Notes: generated by a model from the sequence alone, not told the origin. Positions 19,062-29,765 are shown, numbered from the stretch's first letter. The stretch is DNA of 64,000 bases from Abditibacteriaceae bacterium (GCA_031425655.1 JANPJS010000034.1:31805-95804), one strand, 5' to 3'. Translations and numbers: made by a program.

Positions 19062-20372
19062 CTATCCGCGAATCATGGGTAGCACGTCGTGGATGGTAAT
19101 CAGCAGCATGAAAGTTAAAAGCAGCACGATGCCGACCATGTGAACCAGACCTTCTTTTCGCGGATCGAAAGGCCGGCGCATGACCAATTCGTAACCGAGA
19201 AACAAGATGCGCCCGCCGTCTAAGGCCGGCAGCGGCAGCAAGTTCATCAAGCCGAGGTTCACACTGAGGGCTGCGGCCAGCAAAATCGTTTCCTGCCATG
19301 ATTTCTCCGCAGTGTGTCCGATGGTCTGCGCGATTTTCACCGGGCCGCCGATATTGCGCTTGTCGTCGGGCGTGAGACGCAGAGTTATCACACGGCGCAA
19401 TAAGCCGAAAATGCGCTCCGCTAAACCGTAAGAACCGCGCAAACCGTAGCCGATGGCGCTGTCCCAAAAGCCTTCTTCGCCGCGCAATAGTCCGACGCGA
19501 TGATACTCGGTGACTCGCGTGAACATCACGCCGATGACCGGCGCTTTTTTGGTGGTTACACCGTCTGGTTGAAGTTCATCTTCAATGCGCGGGGTCAGCG
19601 AACTTTTAATTTCCTGTCCGTTGCGGTCAATGACAATATCAACAGGCTTTCCGTTGCCGGAGCGGATCATATCGCGCAATTTGCCGGTGTCGTTGCTGCG
19701 CACGCCGCCGACGGCTAACAAGCGGTCACCGGCTTGAATTCCGGCTTTAGCGGCGGGCATTCCGGGATAAACCATATCAACGCGGTTGTTCACGCTTTTG
19801 TCGTCGGGGACACCGATGAGCGTAAACACTAAGGCGAACACGGTGAGGGCGAAGATGAAATTCATCATTGGCCCGGCAAAAAGAGTCCAAAAACGCCAGC
19901 CCAGCGAAGCGTCCTGAAACTGCTTTTGACCAAACGGCGTATCGGGTCGGGCCGTGCGCGTGGCATCGGCAACCGTTTCGCCCCGGCCTGTGGCGACCAT
20001 TTCTTCCTCGCTGCCCAATCCGGCAATGTCTACCATGCCGCCAATCGGTAAAGCGCCGAGCGAGTAGTCAATGTTGTTGACGCGCTTGGTGTAAATCCAC
20101 GGCGGGAAGCCGAGGGCGAAGCGATTCACTTTCATGCCGCCCCAGCGCGCGAACTGATAATGGCCCCATTCGTGGACGAAAACCAAAATGCTCAGCGTGA
20201 TGATGAAAATGACGCCAGCGCGCAGCACATGAGGCTGTTTGACGGCGAGAAACGCTAAAACCGCCACGCCGATGATGATTTGGAGTGCCGTCGTGCTTTT
20301 AGAAGCCGGGTCGGGTTGAACGCTTTGCGGAGCGCCGGGCGGATTGGGTGACAACTGTTGAGGATCGTTCAT
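19062..20372 (-). CDS. rseP: Site-2 (M50) membrane metalloprotease with PDZ domain
   Basis: HEWGH, AGPMMN, NLLPLPALDGG; lies between dxr and ispG. Confidence 0.95.
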   Translation of the reverse strand: MNDPQQLSPNPPGAPQSVQPDPASKSTTALQIIIGVAVLAFLAVKQPHVLRAGVIFIITLSILVFVHEWGHYQFARWGGMKVNRFALGFPPWIYTKRVNNIDYSLGALPIGGMVDIAGLGSEEEMVATGRGETVADATRTARPDTPFGQKQFQDASLGWRFWTLFAGPMMNFIFALTVFALVFTLIGVPDDKSVNNRVDMVYPGMPAAKAGIQAGDRLLAVGGVRSNDTGKLRDMIRSGNGKPVDIVIDRNGQEIKSSLTPRIEDELQPDGVTTKKAPVIGVMFTRVTEYHRVGLLRGEEGFWDSAIGYGLRGSYGLAERIFGLLRRVITLRLTPDDKRNIGGPVKIAQTIGHTAEKSWQETILLAAALSVNLGLMNLLPLPALDGGRILFLGYELVMRRPFDPRKEGLVHMVGIVLLLTFMLLITIHDVLPMIRG

Positions 20373-20396
20373 GGCAAAAAGGGCTGATTCACAATT

Positions 20397-21560
20397 TTAT
20401 AAGGCAATTTGCAGAAATTCGCGGGAGGCTCGACGCGCCCACTCATCGGCGGCGAAAACGTCCGGCAGTGCGGGACGTGCGACGACTTGGTGTCGTTCCA
20501 GCACGCTCTCGATGCACGCCGTGATGCCGTAAAACGTGGTCGCGCCATCAAGGTAGGCTTGCACCGCGATTTCGTTGGCCCCGTTCAGCACTGCGGGAGC
20601 CGTGCCGCCTAAGCGCATGGCGGCGCGGGCCAACTCTAAGGCCGGAAAGCGCGCCAAGTCCGGCGCTTCAAAAGTTAACGGCCCCATCGTGGTTAAATTG
20701 AGCGGCGGCGACCCGCCGGGCACGCGGTCGGGGAAAAGCAGCGCCCATTGAATCGGCAGGCGCATATCCGGCACGCCGAGTTGCGCTTTCACGCTGTTGT
20801 CGGCGAAAGTCACGAACGAATGCACGATGCTCTGGCGATGCACGACGACATCAATGTCGTCCATCGGCACATCGAAAAGCCAGTGCGCTTCGATCATTTC
20901 GAGGCCTTTGTTCATCAAAGTGGCCGAGTCAATGGTGATTTTGCGGCCCATCTCCCACGTCGGATGCTTGAGCGCCGCCGTTACGGGCGCGGCTGCGATT
21001 TCCTCGCGCGATTTATCCACGAACGGCCCGCCGGAGGCCGTAATCGTGATGCGCGCGGCGCTGCTCTGCGCTTCTCCGAGCAGGCATTGGGCAATCGCCG
21101 AATGCTCGCTGTCCACGGGCAACAAGTCCACGCCGTGTTTGCGCGCCGCTGTCGTCACCATTTCGCCTGCCGCGACGAGAGTTTCTTTGTTGGCGATGGC
21201 GATTTGTTTTCCCGATTCGATGGCCGTTAATGTTGGGCCAAGTCCCGCTGCACCGAGCATCGCACCGAGCATCAGCGTGGCTTCGGGATGCGCCGCGACT
21301 TCGGCCACGCCGCCGCTTCCGCCCACGATGCGCGTCGGGCCGCTTATCATTTCGCGCAGGCGTTGGGCCGCGTTTTCATCGGCTAACGCGGCGATTTTCG
21401 GTTGCCATTCCGCGACTTGCTGGGCGAACAGTTCGAGATTGGAGCCGGCGGCGAGTCCGACGACGCGCAGGCGATGCGGCAACGCCCGCGCCACTTCGAG
21501 CGCCTGACGCCCGATGCTGCCGGTGCTGCCGAGAATAACGATGGATTTTGGCTCGCTCAT
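20397..21560 (-). CDS. dxr: 1-deoxy-D-xylulose 5-phosphate reductoisomerase
   Basis: LGSTGSIG, ANKETLV, PVDSEHSA, TASGGPF, HPTWEMG.KITIDSATLMNKGLE. Confidence 0.98.
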   Translation of the reverse strand: MSEPKSIVILGSTGSIGRQALEVARALPHRLRVVGLAAGSNLELFAQQVAEWQPKIAALADENAAQRLREMISGPTRIVGGSGGVAEVAAHPEATLMLGAMLGAAGLGPTLTAIESGKQIAIANKETLVAAGEMVTTAARKHGVDLLPVDSEHSAIAQCLLGEAQSSAARITITASGGPFVDKSREEIAAAPVTAALKHPTWEMGRKITIDSATLMNKGLEMIEAHWLFDVPMDDIDVVVHRQSIVHSFVTFADNSVKAQLGVPDMRLPIQWALLFPDRVPGGSPPLNLTTMGPLTFEAPDLARFPALELARAAMRLGGTAPAVLNGANEIAVQAYLDGATTFYGITACIESVLERHQVVARPALPDVFAADEWARRASREFLQIAL

Positions 21561-21574
21561 GCGCGGAAATGGGC

Positions 21575-22354
21575 TTATTCGGGTGTAGCGTGGCTGTCAG
21601 CGGAGGCCGGAGGCGCCACGCTTTGTAACAGCGTGCCCGATTGGCGAGCGCCAAGAATCATCAGGCCGCCGATTATTAAAACTGGCAAAAAGCGGTCGAG
21701 CAGGGTGCCGCGTCGGGGTGTTAAGTGCCAGCCCTGAATAGAAACAGGCATTGGAAGTTCAGTAGAAGCAGCTTTGACGGGCGAATTGGAAAACGCGGAT
21801 GGGCCTGCTTCGCCGGAGCCTGACATTACCGCTTGATGAGCAGGCGGCGCTAAGGCTTCGCGCAATTTCCACAGCGCGAAACTAATGGCTACGACGGCTA
21901 ATTTGGCGACAACCGGCGCCTCAATCGTGATGATTCCGGCTAATGCGCCCATCGCGAAAGCCCCGGCAATGGTTGCCAGATAGCCGAGCAGTGGGGCCGG
22001 TGAAAGTTGCTTGAAAGCCGCGCCGAACGCGCTCATGGTGGCGATAGCAACCATCAGCGAGGCCATCATCAGGCCAATGGAAAGCACTAAAATCACGAAA
22101 TCCGATTCGTTGCGGAAGTTGAAATAAATAAAGCCGCCGCTGGAAAGCGCCACAGCCGTGGCAAGTGGTTCCTGTGTCCACAGGCCGCGCCGCGCCAGAG
22201 CCTCGCTCCATTCCTGCGCCGCCATGTAAACCGCCAAGCCGCACGCGAGCAAAAAAGCCGTGCCGTGCAACGCAGGAATGGCTGCGTCTAAGCCTAATCC
22301 GAGCAGCAAAGCGCCGAATAACAAGGTGTCGAAAAGTCGGTTGGAAACTACCAT
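21575..22354 (-). CDS. Membrane protein at the cdsA position; possibly a highly diverged phosphatidate cytidylyltransferase
   Basis: 259 aa, multi-TM; C-terminal LTPRRGTLLDRFL echoes the CdsA signature PGHGG.LDRFD, but no SP.KT.EG motif is seen. Confidence 0.5.
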   Translation of the reverse strand: MVVSNRLFDTLLFGALLLGLGLDAAIPALHGTAFLLACGLAVYMAAQEWSEALARRGLWTQEPLATAVALSSGGFIYFNFRNESDFVILVLSIGLMMASLMVAIATMSAFGAAFKQLSPAPLLGYLATIAGAFAMGALAGIITIEAPVVAKLAVVAISFALWKLREALAPPAHQAVMSGSGEAGPSAFSNSPVKAASTELPMPVSIQGWHLTPRRGTLLDRFLPVLIIGGLMILGARQSGTLLQSVAPPASADSHATPE

Positions 22355-22376
22355 CGCGGAATTCAGGATAACAAAC

Positions 22377-22454
22377 TTGAGTTATGAATTTTGAGTTTTA
22401 AGTTTTGAGTTAGGCTGGCTCCTAATAACTCAAAACTCAAAATTCATAACTCAA
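22377..22454. repeat. Heptamer-based palindrome (TTTTGAG/TTATGAA units)
   Basis: TTGAGTTATGAATTTTGAGTTTT... / ...AAAACTCAAAATTCATAACTCAA. Confidence 0.9.
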
Positions 22455-22456
22455 AA

Positions 22457-23218
22457 CTAATCTTTCACGCCTCCGAAGCGGCGGTCGCGTTTACTGAAGT
22501 CGAGAATGGCGCGGTGCAGTTCGGCGGGCGAAAAGTCCGGCCAGAGCGTCGGCGTCACCCACAATTCGGCATAGGCGATTTGCCAGGGCAGGAAGTTGGA
22601 AATACGCATTTCGCCGCCGGTGCGAATCATCAAATCGGGTTCGGGCAAACCGGCGGTGTAAAGCGAATCGGTGATATGCGTTTCAGTGAGTTCGTCGGCG
22701 CTCAGGCGACCCGCCTGGATTTCGCTGAGCAGGTGGCGAAAGGCATCGGTGATTTCGGCGCGGCCTCCATAATTCAAGGCCAGACTTAGGACTAAGCCGG
22801 TGTTTTTTACGGTTGCGCTGATGCAGTCGTCAATTTGGCGCAAGAGATGGTTCGGCAAGCCTTCGCGCCGCCCGATGTGGCGCACTTGAATGTTATTGGC
22901 GATCATGTCCGGCAATTCCTGCTTCAGATTGCGCGTAATCAGACGCAAAAGCGCCGTGACTTCGGACGATGGACGCTTCCAGTTTTCCGTGGAAAAGGTG
23001 TAAATCGTGAGCGCCGGAATTTTCAGGTTGACGCATTCCTGAATAATGTCGCGCGTGGAGCGGGCGCCGACCGAGTGGCCGCGAATGACCATCCAGCCGC
23101 GCGCTTTGGCCCAGCGCCGATTGCCGTCCATAATGATCGCGATATGCTGCGGCATTTTCTGAGGATCAAGCGGTTCAGACGACGCCGTGTCGGAAGAAGA
23201 GCGGGGTTGAGACAGCAT
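22457..23218 (-). CDS. uppS: Undecaprenyl diphosphate synthase
   Basis: HIAIIMDGNRRWA, FSTENWKRP, ALNYGGR, IRTGGEMRISNFLPWQ. Confidence 0.97.
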   Translation of the reverse strand: MLSQPRSSSDTASSEPLDPQKMPQHIAIIMDGNRRWAKARGWMVIRGHSVGARSTRDIIQECVNLKIPALTIYTFSTENWKRPSSEVTALLRLITRNLKQELPDMIANNIQVRHIGRREGLPNHLLRQIDDCISATVKNTGLVLSLALNYGGRAEITDAFRHLLSEIQAGRLSADELTETHITDSLYTAGLPEPDLMIRTGGEMRISNFLPWQIAYAELWVTPTLWPDFSPAELHRAILDFSKRDRRFGGVKD

Positions 23219-23223
23219 GATAG

Positions 23224-23496
23224 TTAAGAATCGGAACGTGGAGCGGCTGGTTCGGGCTTGGGTAATTGTTCGCGCGCGATGAGAATTTCACAACGCGTTT
23301 CGGAATTGGAGGAAACGCGGCAGCGAAGCACGCGCCAATCACCGAGCGGCCCGGAGGCGCGCGGCGGAACCGTCTCGACAATCGTCAATTCGTGTCCGAT
23401 TAATGCCTTGCGCGCTTCTTCTAAGGGCCAGCCGGTGACATCGGGGACGATCATTTCGCGCGAATGGAAGAAAGTTGCTGACATGAACGCGCTCAA
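23224..23496 (-). CDS. Small PASTA-like hypothetical protein (alternative start 23454)
   Basis: VPDVTG.PLEEARKAL resembles a PASTA-domain start; fills the frr-uppS gap. Confidence 0.55.
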   Translation of the reverse strand: MSAFMSATFFHSREMIVPDVTGWPLEEARKALIGHELTIVETVPPRASGPLGDWRVLRCRVSSNSETRCEILIAREQLPKPEPAAPRSDS

Positions 23497-24050
23497 ACTT
23501 CCATGATGTCGGCTTCTTTGGCAGCGCGCAGTTTGTCGGCGTCGGCGACAAGGCGGTCGGTGATTTTCTGCACTTCGCCTTCGTAGCGCTGCACGTCGTC
23601 TTTGGTCAGACCACCGTCTTTTTCCAGTTTTTTCAATTGATCGTTGGCGTCGCGGCGAATGTTCCGCAGCGCGACTTTGTGCGCTTCGGCCTTTTTTGCG
23701 GCCATTTTTACCATTTCTTTGCGGCGCTCTTCGTTAAGCGTCGGGACGGAAACGCGCACGTTATCGCCGTCGCGGATGGCTTGAATTCCCAGATCGCTTT
23801 TGGAAATCGCGTTGGCGATTTGCGGCGCGAGAGCTTTGTCCCACGGCGTCACGAGAATCTGGCGCGGATCGGGCGAAGTGACGTTGGCGACCTGTTTCAG
23901 CGGCGTCGGCGTGCCGTAATATTCGACCATGACGCGGTCGAGAAGCGCGGGATTGGCCCGCCCTGTGCGCAGCGTTCCAAGATCGGTTTCCAGATCGTGC
24001 AACGTCGCTTTCATTTTGCGCTCCATCTCGGCAATGACTTGTTTGGGCAT
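23493..24050 (-). CDS. frr: Ribosome recycling factor
   Basis: LRTGRANPALLD.V.V.YYG.PTPL, P.LNEERRKE, K.ALRNIRRDAN, VQKITD. Confidence 0.98.
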   Translation of the reverse strand: MPKQVIAEMERKMKATLHDLETDLGTLRTGRANPALLDRVMVEYYGTPTPLKQVANVTSPDPRQILVTPWDKALAPQIANAISKSDLGIQAIRDGDNVRVSVPTLNEERRKEMVKMAAKKAEAHKVALRNIRRDANDQLKKLEKDGGLTKDDVQRYEGEVQKITDRLVADADKLRAAKEADIMEV

Positions 24051-24129
24051 AGAGAAAATTCCTTTCGACAGGAATGAAATTCACGATTTCGGCGCGTTGA
24101 ATCTTAGCACAGGCGGGATGAGGGAGAAA

Positions 24130-24257
24130 GGATGAAGAAGGGATGAGGGCGGAAGGATGAGGGATGAAGGATGAAAGAAGATGCTTCGCGCCGTTGAACT
24201 GAGCGCCGCAGGCGCATCTTCATCCCTCATCCTTCCGCCCTCATCCCTTCTTCATCC
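24130..24257. repeat. Perfect 40-bp inverted repeat of GGATGAR heptamers
   Basis: 24130..24169 is the exact reverse complement of 24218..24257; the right arm includes the last codons and stop of the upstream gene. Confidence 0.92.
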
Positions 24258-25212
24258 CCAGCCCTAAATCGCGGCAAAACGCGATGCTGCGCTCCAGTTC
24301 GGCGCGCTGATAATCCGCCTCGTTCATGCTTGCCGGAGCGAGTTCGTGTCCGCGAAAGCTCAAGTTCAAAAAGCGCATGAAATCGCCGGCGCGCACGTCT
24401 TCGTAAGGTGCCCAAAACGCCGGGTCGAAACATGGGAAACCGCGCGCAAAGCCGGAAATAATCTCTAATTGACAAGGCACGCCGGGACAAAGCTGTGCGA
24501 AACGCTGAAAATAAGCGTTCCAATCCACAAGGCCTTCGCCCATCGCCGTCCATTGCACCAAAACGTCGTTATCTTCGCGCCAGACCATCGAATCGCGGAT
24601 GCCGCTCGAAACCGCGTAGGAGCCTAAAATTTCGAGATTGCGAAGCGGTTCTTCAAGCGCCCACGTCGCGTTGCCGGAATCTAAGGTCGCGCCGACGAAA
24701 TCGGGGCCGGCTTCGTGGATAAGCTCGACCAATTCGCGCGCCTGCATATCGCCGGCGTGGTTTTCGATGGCGATTTTGACGCCCGCGTCCAACGCTTGCG
24801 AGCGCACTGCCTTGCAAGCCGCGGCGGTGTCACGCATCCGGGCGCGAATTCCGCCTTCCGAAGTGCGGTCGTCGGCGTTGCCCAAATAACAGCGCGCGAC
24901 CGGCGAACCGAGCGCCTCGGCCACGCGAATCGTGAGCGATAAATGCTCTTCGGCGTTGCCCCATTTATCGTTGAAAGTGTTGGAAGTCGGGCAAATGCTG
25001 CCCGTCCCGGCGTGGATTACGAGGCCCAAGTCGTCGGCTTGCGCTTTGATTTCACGCAGGTAATTTTCGTCGTGGCTTTCGTAGACATTGAGGTCGGAAA
25101 ACAGCACGGCGTCTAAATTGAGCGAGGCGGCGTAGTCGAGAAGTTGAGGCGCTTTCCAGTTCAGCGCGCGGATCGAAAAGTTGTCAAAACCGAGAGGAAT
25201 GTTGAATTTCAT
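24241..25212 (-). CDS. Sugar phosphate isomerase/epimerase (AP_endonuc_2 TIM barrel)
   Basis: [28 protein letters not shown]. Confidence 0.88.
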   Translation of the reverse strand: MKFNIPLGFDNFSIRALNWKAPQLLDYAASLNLDAVLFSDLNVYESHDENYLREIKAQADDLGLVIHAGTGSICPTSNTFNDKWGNAEEHLSLTIRVAEALGSPVARCYLGNADDRTSEGGIRARMRDTAAACKAVRSQALDAGVKIAIENHAGDMQARELVELIHEAGPDFVGATLDSGNATWALEEPLRNLEILGSYAVSSGIRDSMVWREDNDVLVQWTAMGEGLVDWNAYFQRFAQLCPGVPCQLEIISGFARGFPCFDPAFWAPYEDVRAGDFMRFLNLSFRGHELAPASMNEADYQRAELERSIAFCRDLGLGMKKG

Positions 25213-27493
25213 GTTGCCTTTTGTGGAGCAGAATTGTGGCGGCGCCGAAAAAGGCGCCCAAACCTAAAAGCGAAAGGAAAAGTCCGAGACGCAAGGTTTG
25301 CGGCTCATAAATCATCGTGACGTGACGGCTGCCCGGCGGCAAGGCCACGCCGCGAAAAAGATAATTCGCCGGCTCGACTTTGACTTCGTGAGCGCGTCCG
25401 CCGCGCCAGTGGAACGCGCGCCAGCCGGGATACCAGCATTCACTCGCCACCAAAACCGCCGGTGCGTCCGCTTTGACTTCGACATCGAGCCAATTTAAAT
25501 CGCGCTTCGAGCCGACAACACGGCCCGGCATTCCGCCTTCGCGCACCGTCGGGAACGCTGTGAGCGCGGCGACGACAGGTTGGTTTTTCGCGTTGAAATC
25601 GCGCGTGGCCAAGCGTTTTAGCGCTGCCATCTGGCGTTCTTCGGGCAAGCGCAAAACGTGGCCGGTGAGATAAAAACGCGGCCACGCGCCTTCATATCTA
25701 TGAAGAGCGAACTTCTCGCGTTGATGAATCTGATGCGTTACGCTCGCCACGCGCAGCAGCGGGGCACGATGCATGACCTGATAGCTGAAGCTGAAAAAAG
25801 GCTGGCCTTCGAGCGCACTGGCGAAGCGGAAAAAGCGGCGCGGCGCGGCGGGATCGTAGCCGTTGAACAAGTCAATGCCGCTGGTCAACCCGCCGTTCGT
25901 TTGCGGAGCGCCATTTTCCAGATTGGTTTCCCAGCGTTGTCCGGCGCGATGCGCGGCCAAAATCGAAGAAGGCCAGGCGATGCTCCGGCTCGGCCTGGGA
26001 ATATGCGCCGAGCGCCAAAACAAACAGAGCATTTCAGCCACGGCCACAACGACAAATGCACGACGAAAAAAATCACTGCGTGGTAAGCGGTGCGCTTCTG
26101 AGCGGTGCGCTTCGAACACGATTTTGGCGCCTAACACCGCTACGACCATGCCGATGAGCGCCGCTTCGACAACCATTTTTTGTAATTTGACCGCATCCGC
26201 AAATCCCGCCCCCAGCGGCGAAATCGCCGCAGCGAGCGCCAACAAAGCCAGAATCATGGCAACTTCACACAACACCCAGCGAAAAAATGGCGGCGCCGAG
26301 CGGCGTGTAAACAATCCATCGCACGCAAAACCAGCCAGCAACGCGCCGGGCAACAGCCACAATTCGAGCCAACGCACCGGCACGCGCAGTGATGAAAAGC
26401 CGGGCAAATGCTCAAACGCGATCTGATAGATAGGCGTGTTATGCCCCAGCGCCAGCGTGAATGCGACGGGCAGCAGCAGCCACAACGGAAGCACGGCGCG
26501 CGGCAGGCGTCCCTGAACATCGCGCGCCAGAGACGGCGCGCCCACGGCGAGAAGTCCGGCTAAAAGCCCCAGCGACGCGGCTTCTTCGTGACCGTAACCG
26601 GGCAGGCTCCACTGCGGTATAAGGTTGCCGCCGAAAAAGTCGGGAAGCAGCAGGCGCGCCAAAGATTGCCATGTGCCCGAACCGTGCATGGCCGTGTCAA
26701 AAGTAAGGTCGGCGCGGATGCTGAAGCGACCGCTTTCAAGCAGCGGCAGCCATGTCGAGGCGGTTGAAGCGACCATCAAAACCGTGGCGGCAAGGAGCAA
26801 AGGCAAGGCTGCTCGATTCGGCAGAAGCGAAAGGCCGCGCCCTCGGCGCGACAGCGAGCGAATCATCAGCAACCCGCCGCAGAAGGACAGGCTCAGCAGC
26901 GCCACCGGCGGATGCCCGGCGCTGAGTTGCAGCGCGCCGAAAAATGCCCACAACAAGATAGGGCGCGGACGCCCATTGCGCAGAAAACACAGCAGCGCCC
27001 AGAGCAGCCACGGCGTCCATGCCCGCGCGGCGTGCCACGTCAGGTGCCCGACATAAAGGCGCGCCGAAACCGCGCCCGCAAGCGCCAGCACGCCCGCTGC
27101 CAGTAAAGCAGCGCTGCGGCTTTGACCTAAAACGCGCGCTAACTTGTAGGTGCCCAGCGCGAGGACGAAATTATGCGCCCATGCATCGCCGAGCAGCGCA
27201 AAGTGCAGCGGCAGCAGATTATAAATCAGGTTCGGCGGGTAAAGCACCGCACTTTGTCCGTTCGCCATGAACGGCATCCCGCAAAAGACGTGCGGATTCC
27301 ACAGTGGCAGGATGCCGCGCCCCAGTGATTCGCTGGTGAATGCGTGCCACGGCCCGAACGCGGAGATAGCATCGCCACCAAAGGGCAAGCCGCCGCGCGC
27401 CACCGCAAAAATCGCCGGGATATAAGCCAAAATGCACAGCAGGGCCAACCCAAACCCGACGCGGCGGTCAGTTTTTGCGGGTAGGAAACTCAT
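25184..27493 (-). CDS. YfhO-family membrane protein (GT-C-like)
   Basis: [31 protein letters not shown]-terminal [27 protein letters not shown]. Confidence 0.85.
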   Translation of the reverse strand: MSFLPAKTDRRVGFGLALLCILAYIPAIFAVARGGLPFGGDAISAFGPWHAFTSESLGRGILPLWNPHVFCGMPFMANGQSAVLYPPNLIYNLLPLHFALLGDAWAHNFVLALGTYKLARVLGQSRSAALLAAGVLALAGAVSARLYVGHLTWHAARAWTPWLLWALLCFLRNGRPRPILLWAFFGALQLSAGHPPVALLSLSFCGGLLMIRSLSRRGRGLSLLPNRAALPLLLAATVLMVASTASTWLPLLESGRFSIRADLTFDTAMHGSGTWQSLARLLLPDFFGGNLIPQWSLPGYGHEEAASLGLLAGLLAVGAPSLARDVQGRLPRAVLPLWLLLPVAFTLALGHNTPIYQIAFEHLPGFSSLRVPVRWLELWLLPGALLAGFACDGLFTRRSAPPFFRWVLCEVAMILALLALAAAISPLGAGFADAVKLQKMVVEAALIGMVVAVLGAKIVFEAHRSEAHRLPRSDFFRRAFVVVAVAEMLCLFWRSAHIPRPSRSIAWPSSILAAHRAGQRWETNLENGAPQTNGGLTSGIDLFNGYDPAAPRRFFRFASALEGQPFFSFSYQVMHRAPLLRVASVTHQIHQREKFALHRYEGAWPRFYLTGHVLRLPEERQMAALKRLATRDFNAKNQPVVAALTAFPTVREGGMPGRVVGSKRDLNWLDVEVKADAPAVLVASECWYPGWRAFHWRGGRAHEVKVEPANYLFRGVALPPGSRHVTMIYEPQTLRLGLFLSLLGLGAFFGAATILLHKRQHEIQHSSRF

Positions 27494-27619
27494 TGTAGAG
27501 GGGTCGAAAGCGCGCTGAGTTTATCAAACGCCCCGGCGAAAATTGCACGCGCGCCAGCCTTGATTTAGAATCAAATGCGGTCGGATTGCCCGCGAAATGG
27601 GCAGAATCAACGCTGTTTC

Positions 27620-27650
27620 TCCATTCGTCATTCTCAATTCTTCATTCTCA
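27620..27650. repeat. ATTCTCA-type heptamer tract upstream of ftsE
   Basis: CCATTCGTCATTCTCAATTCTTCATTCTCA. Confidence 0.65.
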
Positions 27651-27663
27651 TACAGGTGTTTCC

Positions 27664-28629
27664 TTGATCGAATTTCACGATGTTTCGGTTTGTTATCGCG
27701 CCGGGCGCGGTCGCGCGGTGCAGGCACTCGACAACATCAATCTCACCATCGGCGCCGGCGAATGGGTGTTTTTCGTCGGCCCGACCGGCGCCGGAAAAAG
27801 CACGCTGCTGAAACTCATTTACGGCGGCGCGCAGCCGTCCGGCGGGCACATCATCGTAGACGGGCGCGACATCACCAAATTGCCCCCACACCAGATTCCG
27901 TGGCTGCGCCGCAAACTCGGTGTGGTGTTTCAGGATTTTCAGTTGCTCGAAGAAAAATCGGTCTGGGAAAACGTCGCTTTCGCGTTGCAAGTGACGGGCA
28001 CTCCGCAACACAAATTGTCTACAGCCGTCGCCCGCGCGCTCGATACCGTGGGCCTGACGCACCGCGCTTTGGCCCGTCCTCGTGAATTGTCGGGCGGCGA
28101 GCAACAGCGCGCGGCCATTGCGCGGGCTATCGTCAACGAGCCGCTGATTCTCTTGGCCGATGAGCCGACCGGGAACCTCGACCCGCAAACCGGCTCGGAA
28201 ATCGCCGAAGTTTTGAATAAAGTCAACGAGCGCGGCACGACGGTCGTGATGGCCACGCACGACCGCGCTCTGGTGGACACGCTGCGCCGTCGCGTGGTGC
28301 GCTTCGCCGCCGGACAAGTCGTCGCCGACGAAGAGCACGGCGGCTATGCGCCCGATGAAGTCATATCGGAACTATCCAGCCGAATCGGCGGCGATTTGAT
28401 GGATGCTTTGATGAAAGCGCCCCAGCCACAAGTTGAAATTAGGGCCGAGGAACAATCGTTAACTGTCCCTCAATCCGTAGAAATTGAACCGAAATTCGAT
28501 GCCGCAAGGCCGTGGGCATCACGAGCCACAGGCCCGAACGCGCATCCGGGCTTGAAGAACAAAGCGCCGCTCGGCTCGGCGGAAAATCCCCTGATCGTAG
28601 GAGTCGAGAACGAAGAATTAAGAAATTGA
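27664..28629 (+). CDS. ftsE: Cell division ATP-binding protein FtsE with C-terminal extension
   Basis: GPTGAGKSTLLKL, LRRKLGVVFQDF.LL, LSGGEQQR, LADEPTGNLDP, MATHD; followed by ftsX; likely TTG start after ACAGGTG. Confidence 0.92.
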   Translation: MIEFHDVSVCYRAGRGRAVQALDNINLTIGAGEWVFFVGPTGAGKSTLLKLIYGGAQPSGGHIIVDGRDITKLPPHQIPWLRRKLGVVFQDFQLLEEKSVWENVAFALQVTGTPQHKLSTAVARALDTVGLTHRALARPRELSGGEQQRAAIARAIVNEPLILLADEPTGNLDPQTGSEIAEVLNKVNERGTTVVMATHDRALVDTLRRRVVRFAAGQVVADEEHGGYAPDEVISELSSRIGGDLMDALMKAPQPQVEIRAEEQSLTVPQSVEIEPKFDAARPWASRATGPNAHPGLKNKAPLGSAENPLIVGVENEELRN

Positions 28630-28704
28630 TACTGGATGCTGGTTACTTGATGCCGGATGAAATTCTCTGACTTGGCTCATCCAGCATCCAGTATCAAGCA
28701 TCAA
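28626..28704. repeat. Heptamer-based palindrome (GATACTG/GATGCTG units)
   Basis: TTGATACTGGATGCTGG... / ...CCAGCATCCAGTATCAA. Confidence 0.88.
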
Positions 28705-28714
28705 AATTCCCATT

Positions 28715-29614
28715 ATGCCGTTAGAATTCATTGCTTTTTGGCTGCGCGAAACGCTGCGCAACATCGCGCGCAACCGCTTGATGAGCTTGCTCGCCACCAG
28801 CACCGTCGCCATCGGTTTGTTTATTTTGGGCGGCTTTTATTTGTCGCTGGCCAACGTGCGCGCGATGGTGAACAACCAGACGCAAAAGCTCGAAATCCGC
28901 GTGATTTTTGAGCCGAATATTTCGGTCAAACGCCGCAAGGAAATCTACGACGCCTGCCGCATCGCCCAAGTCGCCGATTTGGAATTCGTCGCCAAAGGTC
29001 AGGCTTTGCGCGAAATGCACCGCGATATGCCCGGCATTCCGATCAACGATTTGTTAGGCGGCGAGAATCCTTTGGGCGATGAGCTACGCATTCGCGTGAA
29101 AGACCCGGCGACGATTCCCGCCGTGCGCGCCTACATCAACACGCTGAAGGGAAAAGGCGTGGCGGAAACGCTCAGCGAAGTGGATTTCGTCAACAAATTG
29201 CTGCAAATTAACCGGATGCTGACGCTGCTCGGCTCGGTTGCACTCGTGGTGCTGGGATTGGGGATTTTGGCGATTATTTACAACACGATTCGCCTCACGG
29301 TTTACGCTCGCCGCCGCGAAATTCGCATCATGGAATTAGTCGGAGCAACGCGCGGTTTTATTCGCGTGCCGTTCGTGCTCGAAGGCATTTTATTGGGCCT
29401 GGCGGGTTCGATTTTGGCTGCTGTGCTGCTCGCTTCGTTCTACACCGCCGCCGAAAGCATGATTCCCGACTCGCTGCGCTTGCTGTTTCCCATCGCCAAA
29501 GTGGATGTCATGCGGCGCTGCGCCACAGGGTTGGTTTTATCCGGTCTGGTATTCGGTTTCGTCGGTTCGATTTTCTCGCTCGAACGCTCGATTTCCAAAG
29601 TCGCGCAAAGCTGA
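28715..29614 (+). CDS. ftsX: Cell division permease FtsX
   Basis: RN.LMS, ENPL, I.NTIRLTVYARRREI.IM.LVGAT..FIR.PF.LEG. Confidence 0.95.
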   Translation: MPLEFIAFWLRETLRNIARNRLMSLLATSTVAIGLFILGGFYLSLANVRAMVNNQTQKLEIRVIFEPNISVKRRKEIYDACRIAQVADLEFVAKGQALREMHRDMPGIPINDLLGGENPLGDELRIRVKDPATIPAVRAYINTLKGKGVAETLSEVDFVNKLLQINRMLTLLGSVALVVLGLGILAIIYNTIRLTVYARRREIRIMELVGATRGFIRVPFVLEGILLGLAGSILAAVLLASFYTAAESMIPDSLRLLFPIAKVDVMRRCATGLVLSGLVFGFVGSIFSLERSISKVAQS

Positions 29615-29717
29615 AACGTCAAAAGACCTCGCAAAAATTTTAACAGCGCCTTAACTTTATGCCATTGGGCTAACGCCCCGCCCCATCCGATGACAAGGCT
29701 CGCACGAGAACAAAACA

Positions 29718-29750
29718 AAACCGCCGCGAAGAATTTCTTCGCGGCGGTTT
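29718..29750 (-). terminator. Intrinsic terminator of csp (possibly bidirectional)
   Basis: AAACCGCCGCGAAGAA / TTCTTCGCGGCGGTTT flanked by A/T runs. Confidence 0.8.
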
Positions 29751-29765
29751 CGTTTTGGGGTAAAT

